NCBI GenBank assembly: GCA_963845755.1
Contig: CAWJTV010000044.1
Span: forward strand, 32,001 to 96,000
Origin: an uncultured Planctomycetota bacterium
GTDB lineage: Bacteria; Planctomycetota; Planctomycetia; Isosphaerales; Isosphaeraceae
Direction: 5' to 3'
DNA length: 64,000 nt
The position numbers and the translations under genes are program-made. The notes below the pieces were generated by a model. The model saw nothing but the letters and a program-made list of their open reading frames with translations, had not been told where the DNA came from and made no database searches. This document shows, one piece after another, positions 10,799 through 22,100 of the stretch (position 1 is its first letter; every line of letters starts with the position of its first letter).

Positions 10799-11468
10799 AT
10801 GACGCACAAGAGGACACCACGTCGCGGGCGAATCGCTCCGCCTCGAGCCCCTGGGGCAAACGCCGGTACGCGACCGAGTTGGCCGTGATCGAGCCGTTGT
10901 GACGGTCGGCCTCGTGAGGCCGCTCGAGCCAGGTGGACAGTCCACGTCCGACGTCGCCGTCCAGCGTGGGCCAGTTCGCCCTTTGCCGAACGACTTCGCG
11001 ATACTCGGGGTTCGCGACGAATTCCTCGTAGCGGCAGATCGTGAGCCGGTCGGAAGGGTGCGTCCGGCGCAATTCCATCACGGCCTCGGCCGAGGCGAGG
11101 AGCCGTTGCCGACGATAATCGAGGTCCCACGGAATCCGCTGGTTCGTCTCGTAGGTCGACAGGGCCACATGCCGGAGGTCGCGCACCAGCAGGACCACGT
11201 GCTCGGGCCCCCATTCGACCGCCTTGCGTATAGAGTCGGCGAAAACCTCTTTGACCCCCCATTTCTCGTGCTTGCGGGCCCAGCCGAGGATATTCCGGCC
11301 CTGGAAGCCCAGGCTGGCGGCCTGCGCACGGAGTCGCTCCATCCGGAACCGACCGCGGATCGGTTCATAGAGCACAACAGCGCGCCCGGGGACGGTCATT
11401 GCGTTGCACAGCATCGAAGTCCCGGATTTGGGGACCCCCGCTATCACAACGTCCATGCGGCGTCTCAT
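10770..11468 (-). CDS. Sulfotransferase-like P-loop protein
   Basis: IAGVPKSGTSML (PAPS-binding 5'-PSB loop), YEP, WGVKE, LVRDLRHVALS and RYEEF. Confidence 0.75.
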   Translation of the reverse strand: MRRRMDVVIAGVPKSGTSMLCNAMTVPGRAVVLYEPIRGRFRMERLRAQAASLGFQGRNILGWARKHEKWGVKEVFADSIRKAVEWGPEHVVLLVRDLRHVALSTYETNQRIPWDLDYRRQRLLASAEAVMELRRTHPSDRLTICRYEEFVANPEYREVVRQRANWPTLDGDVGRGLSTWLERPHEADRHNGSITANSVAYRRLPQGLEAERFARDVVSSCASFNEMFAYEV

Positions 11469-12229
11469 GTCCGCCTCGATCTTCGCGCGCGAGTGCAAGG
11501 TTCGAGAGACTTCCCAACCTCGGGAACATTGGCCTCGCCACTCCAGAGGCCGGCCACCCAGGCCACTTCGTGAACCATCGGCTTGCCGTGGAAGACGATC
11601 ACCTTGGCATCCTCCGAAAGCCGGTGCGGCCGATCTTGCAGCTCGCCCCGAAAGTCGGGAAACCAGGAGCGAGGGAGCGGTTCCATGAGGCAGTGATTCG
11701 GCGTGACCTCCGGCCAGAGGTCACGCACGGTCCGGGTGTATACGTGCTCCCTCGTGACCGTGCAGCACGCATTGATCCAGTTCTGATCCCCGTAGATTTC
11801 GTTCATGACGTCCTGGGCCCGGCGCTCGAAAAGTTCCCAGACCCTCCGGTAACGTCCGATCTCGAACCGCATGAGAGCCGTGGCGAATTCGCCCTCCCTC
11901 CGGAACGTCGGCACGGCGACGAAGTCCCCGGGGTGACTCACCACGTCATCGATGTTTCGAATGATGACCATGTCCAGGTCGAGGTACAAGAGCGTGCCCT
12001 GGAGGTCGTGAATCCGGGATTGGAACAGGGCGATCTTGTTCCACCAGCCGGGCAGGTCCTCGACGAACGGCTTGGTCTCGACAGAACGGTCGATTCCACG
12101 AGGGTTGTCCGTCAGGCACAGAAACCGGTGGGGGACCCTCAGGTGGCTGCGCACGGCCCGTGCCAGGTGATTCACGTACTCCGCGGGATACTTCGTACCC
12201 CATTTGATGCAGACAACGTTCACGGTCAT
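11465..12229 (-). CDS. GT-A fold glycosyltransferase-like protein
   Basis: VVCIKWGTKYPAEYVNHL, GWWNK, LYLDLD (DxD), GDQNWI and VFHGKP. Confidence 0.8.
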   Translation of the reverse strand: MTVNVVCIKWGTKYPAEYVNHLARAVRSHLRVPHRFLCLTDNPRGIDRSVETKPFVEDLPGWWNKIALFQSRIHDLQGTLLYLDLDMVIIRNIDDVVSHPGDFVAVPTFRREGEFATALMRFEIGRYRRVWELFERRAQDVMNEIYGDQNWINACCTVTREHVYTRTVRDLWPEVTPNHCLMEPLPRSWFPDFRGELQDRPHRLSEDAKVIVFHGKPMVHEVAWVAGLWSGEANVPEVGKSLEPCTRARRSRRT

Positions 12230-12969
12230 GACGGGCGCTCCCGCAGCCTCGGATAGGGGGGCCGAGAGCGAATGATCCGATCGTTGCGCTGCTGCTCCCG
12301 ATATCTCCCGTCGTCGGTTCGCGATGAGTACTGACGGTTCAGGTGGTAGATGGGTTCGGAGATATGCCGTGCGCGACGTGTCCCGCAGAGCTCGAGCAAG
12401 GGGATCATGACCGCCAGGTCAACAGCCACCCGGAAATACCGGCCCTCGTCATCCCGGAGGTCATCATCTTTGACGAGGTCCCAAAGCCATCTCTTCCACG
12501 TCCGCAGATGGGTCGCCCGCCAGGGGGCGACACGGAAATCCTCGGTGCCGTCCGGGTAAGCGGGCCACATGCCGGAAGGACGCCCCGGGATGTCCGAGAC
12601 CCAACTGCCATACGTCATCCAGCAGGCGTGTCGATCATAGAACTCGACCAGGGTTGAGAGGGCGTGATCGACGTTGAGCCGGTCGTCTCCATCCAGGATC
12701 ACAATGACGTCCTCGGGATCGAGCGGGACCTGTCGGAGGGCGTAGACCAGGTTGGCCAGGGCATAACGGCGCTCTGAATTCCGACGGATGCCGATTCGCT
12801 CGTCTCGTTGCGCGGCTCGGATCGCCTCGTCATGGGTTTCATCACCGCAAGGATCGACGGTCACCACGGCCCGCCAGTTCTCGCACGTCTGCGCCAGGAG
12901 ACTATCCAGGCATCGACCGATGTACGGGGCACAGCGACCGCAGTTGATGACGACGAAGAGTCTTGCCAT
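12226..12969 (-). CDS. Glycosyltransferase family 2
   Basis: YIGRCLDSLLAQT, ILDGDD and WMTYGSW. Confidence 0.85.
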   Translation of the reverse strand: MARLFVVINCGRCAPYIGRCLDSLLAQTCENWRAVVTVDPCGDETHDEAIRAAQRDERIGIRRNSERRYALANLVYALRQVPLDPEDVIVILDGDDRLNVDHALSTLVEFYDRHACWMTYGSWVSDIPGRPSGMWPAYPDGTEDFRVAPWRATHLRTWKRWLWDLVKDDDLRDDEGRYFRVAVDLAVMIPLLELCGTRRARHISEPIYHLNRQYSSRTDDGRYREQQRNDRIIRSRPPYPRLRERPS

Positions 12970-13092
12970 GCGTGATCCACCGCGTCGCGGAACCATTTCG
13001 GAGCACTGGTCGCTTTGCAATGCCGTGGTCGAATCGAGATCCGTTCCGTGTCCCCGGAGGTTCTGGTGTTAGCCGCACCAGTCAATCTCATC

Positions 13093-13997
13093 TCAGTTTT
13101 TTCTCAGGATACAGCAATGCTGCCACTCGGGGTTGACCGGGGGGCACACCTTCGCGTCGGGAAAGAGCGACCTCATGAAGTCTACGGTAAAGTACGAACA
13201 GTAGGACTCGTTAGGCCGGCCCGACCGCGTCTGATGGCACATCTCGACGCCAGGCTCTACATAGAGTTCGTCGTCAATGACGATACACCACCTCGACCGG
13301 CTCGCCCGCTCGACCATGGCATCGATCGCATCGTCGTCGAGCTCGGGGAATTCGGGCTTCTGCCGTTCGAGCATGAATCGCACGTCGGTGCCCGAGGGAA
13401 GGCTGGGCGCCGACAAGGACTTGTCATAGGTCGGGTCGCAGAAGGTGAACGCCAGGACGCCCTCCGGTGCCAGCATGGCTCGTAGTTGCCCGACGAGCTC
13501 TACCATCTCGGTCCAGTCCGTGTGAGTGAACACGGAGAAGGCCAGGATTATGTCGAACTCCGAACCGCAATCCGGGACGGGAAGGCCGCGGATCCCCGCC
13601 GGGTTGTATTGAGAGCTGTAGCGGTCGTAGTGCACGAAACGGACCGATGGGTAGGCGAGGCGGCCCTGTTCGATCACGGTCCGGTTCAGATCGAGGCACA
13701 CGTACTTTCCATGGTCCACATTGTCTCCTGCGCCACCAGAAACGTGCCGATGTTCCCCCCGAAATCCAGCACCCTGCTGCCCTTCCATGCCGGGTGTTCG
13801 AGCAGACGGTCGAAGTAATCGAACTGGGTCACTCGGGTTGTGATCAGGTTCCACATGGAGGGTTAGCTCCTTACCCGAGAGGTCCCCGGGCCATGCGATG
13901 GTTCCGCGTGAATTGGAGAAACCAGGGTTGGGAGACCTGGTGGCCTCGACAAGGGTACGGACCAGCTCGATCTCCATTCCCGGCTGAAGCACAACAT
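13093..13997 (-). CDS. Class I SAM-dependent methyltransferase (frameshifted)
   Basis: FDIILAFSVFTH and LAPEGVLAFTF; the motif I region (LDFGGNIG) lies in a shifted frame around 13740-13790. Confidence 0.65.
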
Positions 13998-14010
13998 TGA
14001 TGGTAGTTTC

Positions 14011-15749
14011 TCACGGCGAGTCCATCGGTAGTTCGATGAAGCCGCCGACCGGGACGAGGTTCGTCTGTGTGGGGTCGAATCCCAGGATGTAAGCGCCGCG
14101 GGTACCAAATCGCCGGTTCGGGTCGAAGGTGATCGGTCGAGTCAGGCCAGTGGGCTTCTGGTAGAAGTGCTCCAGTTGTTCGATCAGCTTTTCGCGACTC
14201 GCGTTCCGCCCGACCGAGGTCATCGCGTCGACGAAGATCTTGGCAGCCGCCAGAGCCGCGATCTGGGACGATCGCTGCTCCTCCGGTAATCCGTGGGCCG
14301 CCGCCAACCGCTCATATTCCGCCAGACCTTCGCGCGTGATGTCCGTGGGGAGTGTGGGGAAGGACAAGAAGAGGCGGTCCCACGCGCGGGAGCGCGACTT
14401 CAGAAACTCTTTGCCTGCAAGCCCCCCGGGCAACAGCACCAGGGGATGCCAGTCTCGCGACGAGGCATCGAACAGGTCATAGATCTCCCGGCTCTGCTGC
14501 GAGAGGATGAGTACCACCTCAACGTTCTCGGTTCTCAGGTGATCCCCCGTCTCGCGGGCGGCCGCACCGCGCGAGACCGGATGCAGCTCGACCGCCCCCC
14601 AACCAAGGCGCCGAAATTCCGTGCGCATCTCCTCAGCCAATTCGCGAGAGGACTCTTCGGATTCCGAGAACAAAATGGCGGCGGTTGGTCTCCGTTCAAC
14701 GAGCCGCTCGGCGGCAAATACGGCAAGAGCCCTTGCTTGGTCCTCGAGCCCCGAGTGGAGATGGAACACATAGCGATTGAGTGGTGAGCCCGACCTCGCG
14801 TATAGGCTGAAGGGGCCCAGGATCGGTACTCTCTCGTCCCGTGCCGCGTCCGTGATCTGATCCTCGGAGCCGGCAATGAATGGTGCGACCAGTGCAAACA
14901 TCGGCTGGTCCTTGAGGAACCGGCGCATGGCGGTTGCCCTGCCATCTGCGGATTCCGGCATCTCGAGGCAACGGAGCTCGATGAGACGGCCGTAGATGCC
15001 TCCCTGGTCGTTCACCACTCGAAAGTACGCAGAGAGCACGGACCCGACGGCACGATTCATGTCGCCCATCGAGGTCGAACGGGGCCAGGATCGTCCCCAC
15101 GACGATCCGACGATCCGTGATTCCCGGGTCGGCGTCGCGACCCAGCTCTTTCAGGAACCTGACGAGGTCATCGAGATCCTCTCGAGTTCAGCGCATATCT
15201 CGGCATCGAGGCATCGATCGCTCGGCCCGCGGAATCTCGGCCCATGGTGATCGCGTTCCTCACCGATCGCTCGTCGTAAGCGGGCCGCCGCCGGCCGCTC
15301 GGGTGAGAGGGGCCATATTCCTTGGTCAGCTCATCCCAGGTGATCGTTGCCGGGTTGATGCCGCCTTCCGCCTTACCAATGCCGTCGCGCCCGTGGCAGT
15401 TGGCACACGTCAAGACCGCGGCGGGAACGTCGGCGCCACTCCCTGCGAGCTGGGCCCGGATGGGCCGACCGGATGGGCTGATTCCCGTGAGATAGATCGC
15501 CTTGCCTCGACTCCCGGGGCTCGCGGGGGGGATGGGATCGATGCGGCCCGCGGGGCTCGCATTCCCCGAGAGAACCCCGAGTGATTCCGGCCCCTTCGAC
15601 ACCCGGGAAGAGGTCGAGGCGGTCGAAGAAGCCAGGGGGGCCGACGACGAGCTCGGTGAGCACCCCGCAGTCAACATCAGGAGCGCGCCGGCCGCCAACA
15701 GCCGGGATCCGGCGACATCACGAGCGCACACACGAAGGCCCTTCCTCAT
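14011..15749 (-). CDS. Cytochrome c / periplasmic binding protein (LivJ-like) fusion lipoprotein, frameshifted near 15070-15190
   Basis: ORF 15168-: lipobox-like LTAGC, CANCH haem motif, MPRY. ORF 14011-: NDQGGIYGRLIEL and TGLTRPITFDPNRRFG, a type I SBP fold. Confidence 0.8.
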
Positions 15750-17000
15750 GACGGCTTATCGTTCAGTACGGATTCGACGATCCGGATGATCTCCTCGGGC
15801 GGTCCCAGGCCCATCGCCTTCTTCCATAATCCGGTCGCCTCATTGCCGATGATGAAGATGTTGTTATGATCCTCCCTGGCCTGGATGCGCTGGCCGAGCT
15901 TGGTGAGTGCCGTGCTCACGTTTTCCTTCTCGCCGGTCAGGAAGTACCAGCCCGGGCGCGCGTGCAACTGCTCGGCGTAGGCCTTGAGCTTTTCGGGGTT
16001 GTCCGTATCGGGGTCGACACTCAGGCTGACGAGATACAAGTCCTTCCCGAGGCGGTCTTCGAAATGCACCTGCAACTTGGAGAAAGTGTCGATCAACTTG
16101 GGACAAGAGGCCCGGCATGTCGTGAAGAAGGCGGTGATGACGACGACTTTACCCTTGAGGATGTCGCTATAGAGGCGCACCGGTCTGCCATCCTGGTCGA
16201 TCAGGGGTACGTCGGCAAAGTACCGCTGGGCCGGCGACTCGGTGCTCGCCTGCGGTTCGATCATGCCTTGGACGGCCTTTGCCAGCGTGTCGGCCGGTGT
16301 CAAGCCGTGAATGCGTCGCCAGCGCCCCTCGGAGGCGCGTCCCATCAGCACGAATGGAGAATGCTCCGACTTGTTCGCCGTGAACACGCCCAGCGCCTTG
16401 AGCATGCGGTCCACGTCTTGTTTCGGACCGGTCAGCAACGTCCAGCCCCGGGAAGCGCCGAATTGCTGGCCCCAGGCCTTCAGCCGTGCCGGCGTGTCGG
16501 TTACCGGATCGACGCTGATGGAAACCAGGTTGACCTCCCGTCCGAGCCGGGCTTCGAGCCGACGCTGAAGCTGTCCGAAGTTGACCCCCATCGGAGGACA
16601 GACTCCCTTGCAGGTCGTGAAGATGAAGTTCATGACGAGGAGCTTACCCGGGGCCAGGTCGCGCGCAAGGTTGACCGGCCGACCGTCCTGATCGATCAAG
16701 GTCATGTCTGGGATGGTCAGTGTACCGGCGACGTCGTTGAACCCTCGGCGTTTGCGAGCCCGATGCAGCGATGGTCGGAGTTTCCGTCTTGCAGCACTCC
16801 GCATCGGACGGATCCGACTTCGGAATGGTCTCGGCTGCAGCGAGCGCCGGCCGCGAGGCTGCCGGTTCGCTGGGCTCCGCCACGGCCGGGGGAGACGGCG
16901 GCTCGGCGGTTCGAGACGGCTGGCAACCCGACAACCAAGCGAATGAGCACGAGACGATGACGTTAACCCACCGCCGGTCAATCCTTCTGAACTCGCACAT
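15746..17000 (-). CDS. Tandem SCO1/SenC copper chaperone lipoprotein (frameshift near 16740)
   Basis: Two SCO domains (FIFTTCKGVCP...HS and FFTTCRASCP...HN), each with SxSVDP; signal and lipobox (WLSGC) in ORF 16644-. Confidence 0.88.
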
Positions 17001-19113
17001 CGTCTTCGATCGCCTCCAGGACCAGGTACTGGTCGTTGTTAAAACCTAACCCTCGTGACAGGCACTGAAGGTAGATGTAATAGAGTCCGGGCCGGGGCGG
17101 GGCGAAGTCAAGGACGTAGACCCCGTCGTCCTTTGGCGATGCCACATGCCGCTTGTGCCAGACGCCCGGCATGAGATTGGTGAGGACCTCCACATCGGTC
17201 AATCCCGAGACCGGGGCATTCGTCTGCTGGTCGGTCAATCGGAATCGCAGTCCCGCGTCCTTGCCGACGCCGATCTGCCGTCGCGAAACGAGGTGTTCGA
17301 CGTGAAGGTGGCCCACCCGTCGTTTCGCCTCCAACACCGGGTTCGGTTTGACGGCGGCGGTGAAGCAATGCACCAGGCGCGGAGAATCCAGGAGGAACAC
17401 CACGTCATAATCGCCCGGCTTTCGCAGTCGCACGGCCGTCTCATAGACTCCGGGCGACCCGCGTTCTTTCAAGCTGCGATCGACGACCAGCACCGCCCGG
17501 GTCTCGCGGCCGTAGTTGCTGAAGTTCCCCATGGGTGCGGCCATCCCCTCCTTGTAGTAGTACACCGCCTTGTCCATCGGATTGGCCACGAGCACGGCAT
17601 TCTCACCGGGTGCCGCGACGATTGCGTCTGCGGGAGACAATCGCGAGGCCTTGGCTGGAGGGAGCTGACCGCCCGGGAATGAGAAGACCTGCACGGGCTT
17701 CTTCTCGACTCCCACCGCCTTGAGCGGCACCATCAGCACCTCGGCGCTGCCGCGATGCCGCACGTAGGCCAGTTGGTCGGAGAAGGCCACCTGGTAGGGT
17801 TGATCTTCCACGTCCGCGGTCTGAACGATCCGATTCGTGGCGGCGTCGAGGATGTGAACGACATCCTTTGATGGATTCACGACGAAGCCCAACCGACCTT
17901 CCGGGGCGAACTTGATCTGGCCCAAACCCGGTTCGGCCTGGATTCGTGCAACGATCTCTCGTCGTGAACCGTCGATGACGGTGATCGCGCCGTCACCACT
18001 CGTGATATAAGCCATCTTGGCCAGCGGCGAGAACGCCACGGACGCGGGCCTGGCGCCCGTCCGGAGGCTGGCCTCGGGCTTCAACGACCGGGTGTTGATG
18101 ATGGTCGCCGTACCGTCCTCCCCGTTCGTGACGAATGCCAGGCGACCATCGTCGCTAAAGGCGATCTCATGTGGACCACGACCGGTGTTGATGTGCGCGA
18201 CACGCTCCCATCGGGTCGTGTCGATCGCCGTGATCCCCGACGCCGCGGCACCATCCGCGTTCTCCGAGTCGTCGGCCACCCAGAGCAAGCCCTCGTCGGG
18301 CTGGAGGGCGATCCGGCCGGGCCGGTTCTCGAGCGGTACGTTCCTCAAGACCTCCCAGCCGGCGGTGTCGATCACGGCGACCTTCTTGCTCTCGGGCAGG
18401 GAAACGTAGATGCGCGTCTCGCCCGAGGTCATCACCCAGTCCTCGCCGGGGCTCTCCAGGACGACCATGGCGAGCAGCTTGGTCCCGCCGAAGCTGAACA
18501 GGGGATCGACGACGGAGATGCTGGCCTCACCATTGAGCGTCAGGACGTGGAAGACATTCAGGTCCAGCTCGGCCTTGCCGAAGACGCTGCCGCCGAGGAA
18601 TGCTCGAACCTTCTGTTCACACGTCTTGGCGCCACGGATGTCGTTCTTGGCGATCAGGTCGAGCCACGCAGCCGGGTTGAGGTTGCGGACGGATTTACCG
18701 CCGGTGGTGTCGGTGATCCGGAAGCGGATCCGGACGTCGTCACCTTCCTGTAACTCCTCGGCCTGGAACTTCGCCGGATCGACGTGCTGCATCGAGAACT
18801 CGACGACGATGCCCTCGTGGGTCACTCGCTGCTGGAAGAGGGCAGGGGACCGAGGCTGCGGAGGCGACGTATCTGCCGTGGTCGCGTCCCGACTGCCCGT
18901 CTCGGTGACTCGATCCGCCACGATCGACGATCCCGACGCCTCTCGCCTCGACGACCGGCCGCGTACCACGACCGCTGCCAGCGCGGCGAGCGCGAGAGCC
19001 CCGACCACCGCGACCAAGACCAGTGCGCGGGACCGCGCGAGCGAACGAGTGTCCGGACGATGGCTCGGCCTGTCCACAAGGGTCATCGACGGTCTCGCGA
19101 GAGTGCGGAACAC
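16978..19113 (-). CDS. YVTN/cytochrome d1-like beta-propeller protein with N-terminal anchor and C-terminal Ig/YtkA-like domain
   Basis: Repeated blades (VAVIDT, GPHEIAFSDDG, PASVAFSP, VHILDA) and YYYKEGMAAPMG; start uncertain. Confidence 0.8.
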   Translation of the reverse strand: MFRTLARPSMTLVDRPSHRPDTRSLARSRALVLVAVVGALALAALAAVVVRGRSSRREASGSSIVADRVTETGSRDATTADTSPPQPRSPALFQQRVTHEGIVVEFSMQHVDPAKFQAEELQEGDDVRIRFRITDTTGGKSVRNLNPAAWLDLIAKNDIRGAKTCEQKVRAFLGGSVFGKAELDLNVFHVLTLNGEASISVVDPLFSFGGTKLLAMVVLESPGEDWVMTSGETRIYVSLPESKKVAVIDTAGWEVLRNVPLENRPGRIALQPDEGLLWVADDSENADGAAASGITAIDTTRWERVAHINTGRGPHEIAFSDDGRLAFVTNGEDGTATIINTRSLKPEASLRTGARPASVAFSPLAKMAYITSGDGAITVIDGSRREIVARIQAEPGLGQIKFAPEGRLGFVVNPSKDVVHILDAATNRIVQTADVEDQPYQVAFSDQLAYVRHRGSAEVLMVPLKAVGVEKKPVQVFSFPGGQLPPAKASRLSPADAIVAAPGENAVLVANPMDKAVYYYKEGMAAPMGNFSNYGRETRAVLVVDRSLKERGSPGVYETAVRLRKPGDYDVVFLLDSPRLVHCFTAAVKPNPVLEAKRRVGHLHVEHLVSRRQIGVGKDAGLRFRLTDQQTNAPVSGLTDVEVLTNLMPGVWHKRHVASPKDDGVYVLDFAPPRPGLYYIYLQCLSRGLGFNNDQYLVLEAIEDDVRVQKD

Positions 19114-19195
19114 CAGGAGCGAGAAGGGCGCGCAAAACCCTTTCCCCTCATACTCGTCTCATTTCAGCCGGCGTGATCGCCACCTGTCAATCGCC

Positions 19196-22100
19196 TCATG
19201 GAGTGACCCGGAACAGGCCCCAGATGGCTTGCGTGTCGCCGTTACCGCTGGTCTGGCCAATGAACGTCCCGTAGAAATAGTCGCCCGGGACCTTGAACGA
19301 GCCGCCCGCGCTGTCGAACAGCATGTCTATGGTCTGTCCGGGGAGGATGAAGCGGCCGCCCATCCATTCCGACAGGGGGTTGAATCCCAGCTCCCTCGAG
19401 TCGTTCACATACGGCTCTTCCTGGAAGACGTGGCCGTGGACCACGGGGACCTGGCTGCTCCCGCCGGCATCGCCGCCTGCCCCGACCGGGTAGATCCAGC
19501 GGAACCGCACGGGCGTCCCGGCCTTGACCGTGAAGACCGGCGTCTGCGGGTCGGCATAAGCCAGCGGTTGGTTCGGTAGCTGCGGGCTGACAAGTCCGTT
19601 GGACAGCCGAGAAGCGGTACTCGCCGGTGCGGCGGGTGGATAGCCGCTGGTGGGGTAACGGTACTGGATCGGCTCGTTGCGATAATTGAGGGCCGGGTAG
19701 TTCGTACCCTTGTTTTTGTTATTGACATACGTGAAGGCATCGGTCTGCATCACGAGGGCGAGTTCACGGAACTCCTTGCCGTCGGCCTTCGTAACGGTCG
19801 CCGTGGCGCGGGTCCTCATCAGGTGGTTTTCGATCTTCGTGACCGTTCCTTTGGTATCATAGACATACTGATACTCGGGAACGAGATCCAGTTCGTGATG
19901 TCGCTTCGGCCATTTCGAGCCGAGCGGCTCGACGACCAGCGCACCGATGAGACCCTTGCGGTGCTGGATCAGGGGATCGGCGGGAGCCAGGTTGACCGAG
20001 CCGAGTTCGACGGGTGTCTGTATCAGCGTGTCATCCTGGTCGAAGGAGAGAGAACCTGCGTACCAGTACATGGTCCGGACGCCGGCCGGGTCGGCGGTCG
20101 CCTTCGGGTTGTAACCCACGTTCATCCCGTCGCCAGAGGTGATGTCGTACTCGACCAGTTGGGGATGCAAGCCGACGGATTTCGACGTGTTCAATGTCAG
20201 GGGTGTCGTATTGCTGGATAGCGCCAGGCGGGCGAATGGGTTCCCGGCAGCGAACTGACCGATGCCGGCAGCCGTTCCAAACGTCTGGTCACCCGGGTTG
20301 AACTGATTGATCAGGTTGATCTTGATCCAGTCACCGGCATTGGCCCGCAGGATTAGGGGTTCGACATGCATGTCTCCCCTGAGCTTGCCGTCGGGACCGA
20401 GGTCGTCGCCGTTCACGTAGATCAAGGCGTATGGGTTTTCGAGTTTCGTGGTTGACGCACTTGCAGACTGGAAGGGGAAATTGTGGCTCGCCTGTCCGCG
20501 TGAGTTGTAGTACAGCGTTCCGGCGGGCAGTACCTGCGCGACCGTCGATGCCACGATCGTGTATTCCTGCTTCTGGTCGGCGGGCGCAGCCGCGTAGAGT
20601 TTTTCGAAGTCGAGCGTATGGGGTGCCTTGCCCGCCTCATTGTTGGGAAGCGGCTTCAAGTAGGTGCGCGAGCGGGGATCCGAAGGCCCTCGCTTCGGCC
20701 GGTACCTGTGACCGAGATTGTACGCGGCCCCATCGTAGGCACGCAGGATTCCCCAGGCGCCGCTGGTCTGACCCTGGGCGTTCCCCGACGGCTCGTAGAG
20801 GTAATCGGCGAAATAGCGATGCTGAGTCTCCGTCTTGGCCGGGATGGTGAAATCCATCTCGAAGTGTTCCGAGAGCGAGATCGCCTGCGTGTTCTGGAAG
20901 CCGGAGTTGGTGTAGGACGGCTCGAAGTAATACTTCACACCGTGGATCGTGAAGCTATGCTCGTCCATGTGGGCACCCGCGAGCGCCCGCACCTGCACGC
21001 GGTCGTTGGCGTAGGCTCGCAGCATGGGCGTGTAAGGATCCCGTCCGGTCACGCCCCCCTCGTTCGGATCGGCCGAGAGCGGGACCAGCGGCGCCGAGAA
21101 GGATCGCGGGCTGCCAATGATACCTGTAAAGACGTAAAGGTCACTCGGGATCGGGGCGCCGAATTCTTTGATCACGTAGATCGTCAAGACCTTGCCCGGC
21201 ACCTCGATGGTCCACTCGTGCAAGACCGGGTTGAACGCGAGCTTGGCCGAATTCGGCAGCAGTACGCCCGCGTCCTCGAACGCTTTGACGATCTCCGGTG
21301 GGACGTTGCCACCCGGAGGGACCAGGTACTTCTTGAGCGCCGGATCCATCGCAAAAAAGGCCGGCTGAAGGTCGAGGTCGCCGTCACCCCGCTCGATCGA
21401 TGCATAGGCGTAGGCCAGGTCGGTTGATTCGGGCTTCCCGGGGACAGGAATCGCCACGCGCAACGGCAACGGCTCGTTGCGATAGCCCACCGAGTAGGTT
21501 CCGATCGTCCCGAAGCTGATCAACTGCGGCGTCAGCGGTGTCGGCGTGTTCGGGCCGACGCCGGGCGCGTTGACCGTGTTGGGCGGGTCCGCCCAGCCCG
21601 GTGCCATGTCTGGGGTGTAAAGTCCGAAATTGACATCGAGCGGGTAGCGCTCGGTGATGATCGGGTTTCCGGCAGCATCTTTCGCCCTGACATCATTGAT
21701 CTGGAACAGAAATGGCGACGTACCCGCCACGAGCGTGGCACCCGTTTCGGAAAGGTCGATACCGAAGGCCAGGAATTGAGAGCGAACGGGATCGGTCGGG
21801 CTATTCGGGATCACGTCGCCTGGCTTCAGTGTCGTGGTAATCTCGTTCTTGGCCGATGCGTTCAACGTGAAGAGCGGCCCGGCGGTCACGATTGTCGAGA
21901 CAAGGAATACGGGATCGATCGAATAAGCAACGACCGACGCCGGCCCTCCCGGGTCATTGATTCGGAACCCGATACCCGTGGGCGGGGTGACCAGGACGGC
22001 TTCGTTAGAGAGCGTGATGCTGTTCGTCTTGAAGTCGGCGCGGATGGGATCGCTCGCTGCGGGTGGTATCTTGTCTCCGACATTGAGGGCCTTGAGTTCG